Shown here: positions 8,721 to 15,844 of the stretch, piece by piece
Layout: every line of letters begins with the position of its first letter
Numbering within the stretch: the stretch's first letter is position 1
NCBI GenBank assembly: GCA_041752595.1
Contig: JBGSWE010000003.1
Coordinates: 13,720-77,719, forward strand
Direction: 5' to 3'
Length of the DNA stretch: 64,000 bases
From: Candidatus Saccharimonadales bacterium
GTDB lineage: Bacteria; Patescibacteriota; Saccharimonadia; Saccharimonadales; JACDBH01
Position numbers and translations under genes: made by a program
Notes under the pieces: generated by a model
The model's input: only the letters and a program-made list of their open reading frames with translations
The model's database searches: none
What the model was told of the DNA's origin: nothing

Positions 8721-9121
8721 CTTAGATACCTGGAATGCCTCTTTCAAGTAGATCTTCTTTGGTTTCGAATTCTAAATAGTTTTGAGTTAGTTCTTCACCT
8801 TGCGCTATATCACGCTCTGCAACTAAATAGGCATTTTCGTAATTTTGGTCTTGGGTTAGGTTTGCCTCAGTAGGAATGGTTTATGAATTTTGAAACATCA
8901 AAATCTACGTGCCACATTTGTGTAGGCTGGTCAAAAAAACCCCACCACCTTAACTCAACTTTTTCTTTTTCACTTAATTTATCGAATTCTGTTTGAGTAA
9001 TATTCAAATCGAGAGCGGGGCTGGCCGTATATATCAATTCATCTTTTTTAATGTCTTGGTCAGCAAATAGTCCAATACCATGCTTACTAGAATTATCTAA
9101 CTTATATTTGATATGAATCAT
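8721..9121 (-). pseudogene. SET-domain protein gene disrupted by two single-nucleotide frame shifts
   Basis: Frame 1 (9121->8870) ends ...FINHSY then TGA. The next frame (8868->8821) reads EANLTQDQNYENAYLV. A third frame (8819->8721) reads AERDIAQGEELTQNYLEFETKEDLLERGIPGI*. Joined, they give a full SET fold (GIGLFA...NHS...GEELT.NY). Confidence 0.7.
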
Positions 9122-9175
9122 ATCAAAAGTATATCATTCAGCTCTTTTGAATAAATTAAGTCGACCTAAAGCTAT

Positions 9176-9204
9176 TTGTATATAATTGTTTTAAATGATA
9201 TAAT
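9176..9204 (+). promoter_or_regulatory. sigma70-type promoter of the small-TM cassette
   Basis: TTGTAT (9176-9181), 17-nt spacer, TATAAT (9199-9204). Confidence 0.55.
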
Positions 9205-9289
9205 ATAGTTATAGTTTCACAACTCGGTGAATCTCGATGTGCTTGGCAATGCTAGGTACACACTTTTCCCTAAGGAGGGAGGTGATTTA

Positions 9290-9517
9290 ATGTTGGAAAG
9301 ATTTGAAAACGCGTGGTTTGGTCTGGTGATTTTCATCATTGCTTGGTGCATTTTCGGCATCGCAGGCTTGATTCCTTGGGATTACTCCCAAGTAGATCCA
9401 AACTGGGAATGGCATATGAATACTCATAACGCTTGGTTGGCTTGGGGACTTTTCGTCACCCTTGCTGCAACAGCTTTTGGGTTCTTTGCCTACGCCGTCA
9501 AGCGTTGGACTGACTAG
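9290..9517 (+). CDS. small two-TM membrane protein (75 aa)
   Basis: SD AAGGAGGGAGG lies upstream of the ATG at 9290. Two hydrophobic helices, Trp-rich loop. GC is higher than the flanks. Confidence 0.65.
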   Translation: MLERFENAWFGLVIFIIAWCIFGIAGLIPWDYSQVDPNWEWHMNTHNAWLAWGLFVTLAATAFGFFAYAVKRWTD

Positions 9518-9742
9518 CCAGCACTTCAATAACTCTGCCCAGAGTATAAATCTTACGCAAGTAAGAAAGTGGTTAATGGAGAAATCCATTGTCTGCAAGG
9601 GCAAGCTATCATCTGGCAATAGATAGCTTGAGCGTACGGTCTCGATGAAATGTTAGTCTAATACCTAACTATAAGTTGAGAATAAGGCGTAAGCCAAGGG
9701 GTAGTTGAGAACTATATTTTATATATTTTTCCTACTCCTCAA

Positions 9743-9798
9743 AAAACGTCAATGAATATTTTTCATTCTGATGAGTCTAATTAAAGACGAAACGTTTT
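9743..9798 (+). ncRNA. type III hammerhead ribozyme
   Basis: AAAACGU-C / AAUGAA-UAUUU-UUCAUU / CUGAUGA / GUCU-AAUUAA-AGAC / GAA / ACGUUUU. All core positions are present, with a GUC cleavage triplet (C17 = 9750) and helices I/II/III of 6/4/7 bp. Confidence 0.88.
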
Positions 9799-9799
9799 A

Positions 9800-11032
9800 C
9801 TATTCGTAACGCAATGATTCGATGGGGTCTTTGCGGGCGGCTTTGATTGCTGGGATTGTGCCAAAAATAATACCCACAACTGCCGAAACGCCGACTGCTA
9901 CAGCAATAATTTGCCATGTTACGGCCGGTTGCAAATCTGTTGTTATCCTAAAAACTGCGTTTCCGAGTAGGGCTATAAATACACCAATCACTCCACCAAA
10001 GACACTAATTACAGCTGCTTCAATTAAGAATTGGCTGTATATCTGGCGATTTGTGGCGCCCAAGCTTTTCCTGACACCAATTTCACGAGTACGTTCAGTG
10101 ACGCTAACGAACATAATGTTCATTATTCCAATACCACCAACCAACAATGAAATAGCGGCAACACCTGCTACGAATGTTGTTGCAATAGATACTGTATCCC
10201 GAGCTATTATTTCTGTTTCGCTAGATTTTAATACAGTGAAGTCGGCTTGTCCGCCGTGAGTTATTAAGAGCTGGCTATTGGTGGCTTGAACTAGAGATTC
10301 GGGCGAAACATCTTGTTTGGGTAGTAGCATTAACTGATAGATGTTTGGTGCTCCGCCGGCCAAAGATTTAGCAACTGGAAATGGAATAAATATTGATTTA
10401 TTAAGATCTGTAACGGCACTTAGAGGGTTGGTTTTAAACTCGTCAAACACTCCACCCACGATAAAATCCTGGTCTCTGATTGATATTAGTTTACCAAGTG
10501 GTACGTTTTCCTTAAATAATTCTTCGGCTACACGTTTACCCACTACAACAACATTAGTACTAGTATCATCAAAAAACGAACCATAGACAACTTGCTGGCC
10601 TAAAACTTCTGGTAATTTGGAAGTGCTTGCAATAATTGTAGCGTCTTTGTAAGTTTCGTTTTCGAAGTTTTTTACCTGTCCAGATATTGTTGCAAGTGGA
10701 ACAACTACTTCTACATCTGGTAGTTTTTTTAATGCTTCAAAATCTTGTTCGGTTAAACTGTTGCTACCTAAGGCAGCGAGATAGTTTACGTTTGAGACAT
10801 TTCCTGACTCGTCTCTTACGGCAATTTGTCCAGAACGGACAGTAACCAGCTGCTCGTTACCAGACTGATTAGTTGATGCAACCTGGCGTCTCACGCCTTC
10901 ACCTAGCGAAACCATCATAATTACTGAGGCTACACCAATAATTATGCCCATCATTGTAAGAGTGCTTCTGAGTTTGTTGCTCCTGATTGATTCAAGAGCC
11001 ATGCGTGTATTGGTATTAAAATGGCTGGTCAT
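9800..11032 (-). CDS. ABC transporter permease, MacB/FtsX family
   Basis: N-terminal TM, large periplasmic MacB-like domain, C-terminal FtsX 3-TM block (ERTREIGVRKSLGA). Confidence 0.88.
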   Translation of the reverse strand: MTSHFNTNTRMALESIRSNKLRSTLTMMGIIIGVASVIMMVSLGEGVRRQVASTNQSGNEQLVTVRSGQIAVRDESGNVSNVNYLAALGSNSLTEQDFEALKKLPDVEVVVPLATISGQVKNFENETYKDATIIASTSKLPEVLGQQVVYGSFFDDTSTNVVVVGKRVAEELFKENVPLGKLISIRDQDFIVGGVFDEFKTNPLSAVTDLNKSIFIPFPVAKSLAGGAPNIYQLMLLPKQDVSPESLVQATNSQLLITHGGQADFTVLKSSETEIIARDTVSIATTFVAGVAAISLLVGGIGIMNIMFVSVTERTREIGVRKSLGATNRQIYSQFLIEAAVISVFGGVIGVFIALLGNAVFRITTDLQPAVTWQIIAVAVGVSAVVGIIFGTIPAIKAARKDPIESLRYE

Positions 11033-11922
11033 TTCTTAACCTTCTTTTTAGCAGGAGTTTTAGTCTTCTTAGCCTTGGGCGATTTTTTGGTCTTCTTATT
11101 GGTTAAATGTTTTCTGGCTGGTGCGGGCCGGCTAGGGATCTCATTTAGATACGCCGAAACACCCTCTAGTTGCTCATCTTCATCATTCCTGGGTTGTTCA
11201 TCACCGCCACTACGGGCTCTTTTAGGAACCTCACCTAACTTAGTTGATTCGTCATAAACAATTGATCCATCAACCACGTATAAGACTCTAGTAGCATATC
11301 TGGTTAGCTCTGGGTTGTGGGTGACCATTAGAATTGTGCTGCCAGTAGAATGCAGTTCTGCTAATAGCTCCATAACTACTTTGCTACTCAAGCTATCTAA
11401 GTTGCCAGTTGGTTCGTCCGCGATAATTAAATCTGGGTTGTTTACTAGTGCTCGTGCAATGGCCACGCGCTGGGCCTGGCCACCAGACAACGCCTTGGGA
11501 TAATAGTATTCACGGTCAGAAAGTCCTACACGTTCTAGTGCAGCTGCAGCCTGATTAAGTCTTTTAGTTCTAGACACTCCTTTGTAAGACAAGGGAAGGG
11601 CGACATTATCAAGCGCGGTTAATCTAGGCAATAAATTAAATGACTGAAAAATAAATCCAATATGATCCCTACGTGCTTTGGCCAATCTATTCGGCCTTAG
11701 TCTTGATACTACTCGGCTACTCAAGCTGTAAGTTCCATGGGTTGGACGGTCTAATAAACCGATTATATTCATAAGTGTAGATTTGCCAGAGCCGCTTGGA
11801 CCCATTATCGCAACAAATTCACCCTTAGTAACTGTTAGGCTTATTTCATCCAAAGCGACAGTGGTAGCATTACCAAATCCATACAATTTTGATACTTCTT
11901 TGAGCTCAATCACAACAGACAT
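11029..11922 (-). CDS. ABC transporter ATP-binding protein (MacB/LolD type) with a Lys-rich C-terminal tail
   Basis: Walker A GPSGSGKST, signature LSGGQAQR, Walker B LIIADEPT. Tail ...KKTKKSPKAKKTKTPAKKKVKK. 4-nt overlap with the permease gene. Confidence 0.93.
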   Translation of the reverse strand: MSVVIELKEVSKLYGFGNATTVALDEISLTVTKGEFVAIMGPSGSGKSTLMNIIGLLDRPTHGTYSLSSRVVSRLRPNRLAKARRDHIGFIFQSFNLLPRLTALDNVALPLSYKGVSRTKRLNQAAAALERVGLSDREYYYPKALSGGQAQRVAIARALVNNPDLIIADEPTGNLDSLSSKVVMELLAELHSTGSTILMVTHNPELTRYATRVLYVVDGSIVYDESTKLGEVPKRARSGGDEQPRNDEDEQLEGVSAYLNEIPSRPAPARKHLTNKKTKKSPKAKKTKTPAKKKVKK

Positions 11923-12069
11923 ATCTTATTACTATACGCATTTTTACTATCTGTTAGCAAGGTGTAAAAAATTTAATTATCAGATATAATGTTTTTACCA
12001 AAATAGTAAACTAAGTTTTTTGTTATTTAGATTATTGAAATTTGTACTTTACCTAGTGTATTTAAATGT

Positions 12070-12159
12070 GGAGAGGTCGCCTAGTGGCCTATGGCGCCGC
12101 CTTGGAAAGGCGGTTTGGGGGCAACTCCATCGAGGGTTCGAATCCCTCTCTCTCCGCCA
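12070..12159 (+). tRNA. tRNA-Ser (anticodon GGA), long variable arm, CCA encoded
   Basis: Acceptor GGAGAGG/TCTCTCC, anticodon stem CCGCC/GGCGG with loop TTGGAAA, T-arm GAGGG-TTCGAAT-CCCTC, 18-nt variable arm, 3' GCCA. Confidence 0.9.
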
Positions 12160-12164
12160 AATTT

Positions 12165-12190
12165 AAAAACCCACCTGAGTGTGGGTTTTT
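12165..12190. terminator. bidirectional rho-independent terminator
   Basis: AAAAACCCAC (12165-12174) pairs with GTGGGTTTTT (12181-12190). A/T tracts on both sides serve the tRNA (+) and the 12219-12479 gene (-). Confidence 0.75.
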
Positions 12191-12218
12191 AAATAACTAT
12201 CTGGTCAAAATATTGGAT

Positions 12219-12479
12219 TTAGCGTTTGCGGCGTCCGCTTAGTCTAGCTAAAAAGATTGACTCAACTAAGCTCCAGATAACTGCATTTGCAAGGAAAATA
12301 GCAGATGCAACACCTGTAACAAACAAGATATCTTGGCCAGTTCTAGAATCTACTAGACTTACTAATCCAGCTGTTAATAGTGAGAACACAATTAAGAATA
12401 TGTAAATGTGCTGTAATTTTTGTCTTTCGTTTGTAGATTTATTCCACTCTAACACTGCATTAAACAATGAATTATACAT
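12219..12479 (-). CDS. small membrane protein (86 aa)
   Basis: ORF track. Two hydrophobic helices and a basic C-terminus. Confidence 0.55.
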   Translation of the reverse strand: MYNSLFNAVLEWNKSTNERQKLQHIYIFLIVFSLLTAGLVSLVDSRTGQDILFVTGVASAIFLANAVIWSLVESIFLARLSGRRKR

Positions 12480-12599
12480 CGGGTGAGTCTCCTATTTATG
12501 ATAATAATATAACATTGTTTGTGTTAATTATCAACATAGTGGTATTACTATTTTGAAAGAGTGAAATATAGGAGCATAATGAAAATACAAGGAGATATT

Positions 12600-12800
12600 A
12601 TGAAAACTAAACAAACGTATTTACTTATCGGCACAGTATTGAGTTGGGCAATTGGTTATTTGGGTGCTGATAGATTTTATAAAGGTGATGTAGCTTTGGG
12701 GGTTATCAAACTCATTACTCTAGGTGGCTTTGGTGTTTGGTGGATTATAGACGCAGCAATTTGGACCTATAATTTAGGCAAATCTCTTGATAATAAATAG
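12600..12800 (+). CDS. TM2 domain-containing membrane protein
   Basis: GYLGADRFYKGDVALGVIKLITLGGFGVWWIIDA matches the TM2 pattern. SD GGAG precedes the ATG at 12600. Confidence 0.75.
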   Translation: MKTKQTYLLIGTVLSWAIGYLGADRFYKGDVALGVIKLITLGGFGVWWIIDAAIWTYNLGKSLDNK

Positions 12801-12808
12801 TTAGATGT

Positions 12809-12866
12809 TTCACTTTTCGTCTTGATCTTAGACTCATCAGCATGACAACGTAGTCATAGAAGTGAA
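12809..12866 (-). ncRNA. type III hammerhead ribozyme
   Basis: Minus strand reads UUCACUU-C / UAUGAC-UACGUU-GUCAUG / CUGAUGA / GUCU-AAGAUCA-AGAC / GAA / AAGUGAA. Full core, C17 = 12859, helices I/II/III of 6/4/7 bp. Confidence 0.88.
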
Positions 12867-12941
12867 GATAACAGACAGATAGTTTGAGGGGTTGGCGGGA
12901 GCCGAATGCCTGGTTGTCCCAAACTGACTCTGCCTGTTATC
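12867..12941 (-). other. 13-bp hairpin directly abutting the hammerhead 5' end
   Basis: Minus-strand GATAACAGGCAGA (12941-12929) pairs with TCTGTCTGTTATC (12879-12867), with one G-U pair and a 49-nt loop. No gap before helix III of the ribozyme. Confidence 0.65.
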
Positions 12942-12972
12942 CGCACTTTATCCTTTTTTGGTTTGAGGGTTT

Positions 12973-13194
12973 TTAGGCCATCATGGCTTTGATTGGTGAT
13001 TCACGGATTGGTGCACGGAACTCCTCGGCAGTAAACTCACATTTTTCATGAGTGGCGAGGCAGGCGAAATTGCACCAACATTGTCTGCGTCCATCACATC
13101 CCTCAACCAGTGCCGATCCTCGACGAATTACAATGACGCGGGCGTCACAAACGTGTGGTGACTGTGGTTTTTGTCGGCGAAACGGGAATTTCAT
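12973..13194 (-). CDS. small Cys-rich protein (73 aa)
   Basis: ORF track. Seven Cys (CDARV, GCDGRRQCWCNFAC, HEKC) suggest metal binding. GC-rich. Confidence 0.5.
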   Translation of the reverse strand: MKFPFRRQKPQSPHVCDARVIVIRRGSALVEGCDGRRQCWCNFACLATHEKCEFTAEEFRAPIRESPIKAMMA

Positions 13195-13206
13195 CGCTTC
13201 AGTTGC

Positions 13207-13476
13207 TCAGTCGACTGGGGGCTCTTCTTCATGATCATCTGCCGTTTCATCGACGTATTCACCGTTGAGCCGGTCGACGATCTCTTGCAAGAGCTCATTT
13301 GATAGGCCATCCGGCGGTACGATGATTGTACCGTTGGTGAGTACGAATTCTTCAAAGACAATTTCTCTACCCATGACATCGTTGATCAGTACATGAGCTT
13401 GTTCGATCCTGAAATCACCCTCTGCATCGAACGACAAATCATCGTCCCCATTCTGCCAGTTGATCTTCAGTTTCAT
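13207..13476 (-). CDS. small acidic protein (89 aa)
   Basis: SD AAGGAGAG precedes the ATG at 13476 (MKLKINWQNGDDD...). Acidic C-terminus (DETADDHEEEPPVD). GC-rich. Confidence 0.6.
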   Translation of the reverse strand: MKLKINWQNGDDDLSFDAEGDFRIEQAHVLINDVMGREIVFEEFVLTNGTIIVPPDGLSNELLQEIVDRLNGEYVDETADDHEEEPPVD

Positions 13477-13766
13477 ATCTCTCCTTAGCTCACTCGCCAC
13501 GGCAGGATGCCCTCTACAACTTTAGTAAAGTGTGTGTATTTGGTAACACACAAGGTGAGTAAGGAATCCAAAATAATGATTACGAACTCTTTACTAACCT
13601 TGTGCATTGATACACATTTAACTATCTATCTGCTTGTAAAATAACTACCCTAACATTCTGCTAAGGACCTAACAAGTTTAGCAATTATAGATATTTTGTC
13701 AATTTTATACTATAGTAATCCTAATTATTATATTGAACGAAGGGTGTAAGGTAGTAGACTAGAGTC

Positions 13767-14186
13767 ATGAATATGTTCAAACCAACCAAGGCAACCAATG
13801 TTTCTGAGTACTTAGCTCAGGTACCTGTGGAGCGTCAAGCATCAATTAATTTCCTGCATGCGTTTATTCAAAAATCAGCCCCATCACTGAAACCAAACTT
13901 TGCCTATAATATGCTTGGTTACGGTAGTTTTACTTACAAGAATTATAAAAAAGAAACCGTAGAGTGGCCAATTGTTGCTCTTGCCAATCAAAAAAACTAC
14001 ATAAGTATTTATGTCTGCGCAATTAATGAAGATGAGTATATTGCAGAAAAAAACAAAGACCGACTAGGAAAAGTAAGTGTTGGTAAGAGCTGCATAAGGC
14101 TAAAAGAGTTAGAAGACGTAAATCTAGAAGTACTTGGTGAAATCATTAAACTAGCAGCAAAAAACCCAGGTCTTAAGGGCGATTAA
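13767..14186 (+). CDS. DUF1801 (YdhG-like) domain protein
   Basis: NVSEYLAQVP...FLHAFIQKSAP...LGYGSF resembles the YdhG-like family pattern. Confidence 0.55.
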   Translation: MNMFKPTKATNVSEYLAQVPVERQASINFLHAFIQKSAPSLKPNFAYNMLGYGSFTYKNYKKETVEWPIVALANQKNYISIYVCAINEDEYIAEKNKDRLGKVSVGKSCIRLKELEDVNLEVLGEIIKLAAKNPGLKGD

Positions 14187-14188
14187 TA

Positions 14189-14914
14189 ATGAATAACTGC
14201 ATTAACTCAAGAGCTGATATAACACAGCTTGGTACCATTTTAGGAATTTGGGCGCATCCGGATGACGAAGTTTTTAGTATGGGTGGGATCATGGCAGCGG
14301 CTATTCAAAATGGTCAAACAGTTGCATGTATAACAGCAACTTACGGCGAAGCGGGTGTACAGGACGAGTCAAGATGGCCCGCCAATCAGCTAGCCCAAAT
14401 ACGTGAGAAAGAACTTGAAAACGCCTACGAAATACTAGGAGTACATAACCATCACTGGCTGGATTACCCTGATGGTAAGTGCTCTGAAATCGATGAAGCC
14501 ATCGTAGTTCAAAAGCTAGTTTCTTTAATAGAACTATATAAACCAGACAGTATTATGACTTTTGGACCAGACGGCATGACCGGGCACGACGATCATAAAA
14601 CTGTTTCTACCTGGACAACTCTTGCTAGAAACAAGGCTGGAAGTAAAGCAACAATTTATCATGCTATTCATACCTGCGCACAATACGATGCCCTAAAAGA
14701 GCTAGATGCTGAATTAAATATATACTTTAACGTCGAACAGCCTTGTACCTGTGAAGATACAGATTGTGCGATACATCTAGATTTAGACGACACGCTTTAT
14801 GATCAAAAACTCAGAGCACTAAGGTCAATGCCATCACAAACAGAAGCAATGCTCACAAGGTTTGAATCAAGTTTACGGGTTAGTTTTGGAGTCGAGGCCT
14901 TCGTAAAGTTTTAG
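14189..14914 (+). CDS. PIG-L/LmbE family deacetylase
   Basis: AHPDDE motif (IWAHPDDEVFSMGG) and the downstream GHDDH metal-binding motif. Confidence 0.85.
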   Translation: MNNCINSRADITQLGTILGIWAHPDDEVFSMGGIMAAAIQNGQTVACITATYGEAGVQDESRWPANQLAQIREKELENAYEILGVHNHHWLDYPDGKCSEIDEAIVVQKLVSLIELYKPDSIMTFGPDGMTGHDDHKTVSTWTTLARNKAGSKATIYHAIHTCAQYDALKELDAELNIYFNVEQPCTCEDTDCAIHLDLDDTLYDQKLRALRSMPSQTEAMLTRFESSLRVSFGVEAFVKF

Positions 14915-15453
14915 GCAGTTACAGATTTTGTTATCGAATCGAGCATGCTTTTTAGTTGAACTGAAGCCGTATCACCCTGGGCGGTGCCATCTGGGTTAAT
15001 GTCTTTATTCAGAAATAAGCTAACTTGCGGCTCTACTAAACTGGATTTTAACCTAGTCATGATGTCGGTTAGGTGCTGCAATGCACTTGCGGCTCCACTC
15101 CAGCCATATCCAACCATAGCTACTTGTTTATCTAACCAAGGTTTAGCCATCCAATCTATAGCGTTTTTTAATGCACCCGGTATGCTTGCGTTATATTCTG
15201 GACTTAAGAATATTACTATATCTGATTTAACAACTAAATCGGTCCATTTAATAACATTTGTATCAGTTATAGAAAAGCTTTCATCATTAGGGGTGTTTGG
15301 CGCATCAAAGAAGGGCATTTGTAGTTCTTTAAGATCGGCTACAGTAAACTCCAGATCATTGTAGTTATTAAGCTCCGTTTGTAATTGAGCTAGGATATTA
15401 TCAGCTATACGGCTACTTCGAACACTGCCAAGAACTATTAGGACTTTTTTCAT
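14911..15453 (-). CDS. NAD(P)H-dependent FMN reductase family oxidoreductase
   Basis: MKKVLIVLGSVRSSR... and FLSPEYNASIPGALKNAIDW are the family hallmarks. Confidence 0.85.
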   Translation of the reverse strand: MKKVLIVLGSVRSSRIADNILAQLQTELNNYNDLEFTVADLKELQMPFFDAPNTPNDESFSITDTNVIKWTDLVVKSDIVIFLSPEYNASIPGALKNAIDWMAKPWLDKQVAMVGYGWSGAASALQHLTDIMTRLKSSLVEPQVSLFLNKDINPDGTAQGDTASVQLKSMLDSITKSVTA

Positions 15454-15474
15454 ATTATCTCCAGTTTTAATGAT

Positions 15475-15756
15475 TTATAATTTTTTTGGATCTATTCCGC
15501 TTTTGGTGAGTAGGGGAGTGTTTAATTCATAGATTTTTTCGGTGCCAACTTTGCTTTCTAGCAATACTCCGGCATCTACTAATTTACTCAAGTGATGACT
15601 CATAGCAGGCTGGCTTAGCGAAGAGCATGTACTTACTTCAGCGCAGCTAGCTGTGTCGTCTCTATCACGCACCAACGTACGCACAATATCTAGCCGTGTT
15701 TTGTCAGCCAAGGCCTTAAGAATATTGATAGTGTTAGTTGGATTGCTCATACTCAC
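15475..15756 (-). CDS. ArsR/SmtB family transcriptional regulator
   Basis: LKALADKTRLDIVRTL...LSQPAMSHHLSKLVDAGVL is the wHTH pattern. Upstream of the reductase gene in the same orientation. Confidence 0.85.
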   Translation of the reverse strand: MSMSNPTNTINILKALADKTRLDIVRTLVRDRDDTASCAEVSTCSSLSQPAMSHHLSKLVDAGVLLESKVGTEKIYELNTPLLTKSGIDPKKL

Positions 15757-15844
15757 ACCATTATAGCTTAATTCAAATATTTAAATATGTAAATACTTAA
15801 ATATTTAGACAAATCAGGTATATCAGTAAGAGTTGCTATAATTA

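Noticed and set aside
8867-8869. In-frame TGA in the SET gene as evidence of UGA recoding (as in some CPR lineages).
   Set aside because: Reading through the TGA in frame gives a non-SET sequence (GKPNPRPKLR...). The SET continuation is in shifted frames. Other genes here terminate cleanly at TGA (e.g. 445-447, 41400-41402), so the standard code is assumed.
9287-9619. 110-aa minus-strand ORF antisense to the small TM gene.
   Set aside because: It has no SD and its composition is an antisense shadow. The plus-strand ORF has a very strong SD, a promoter and clear TM helices.
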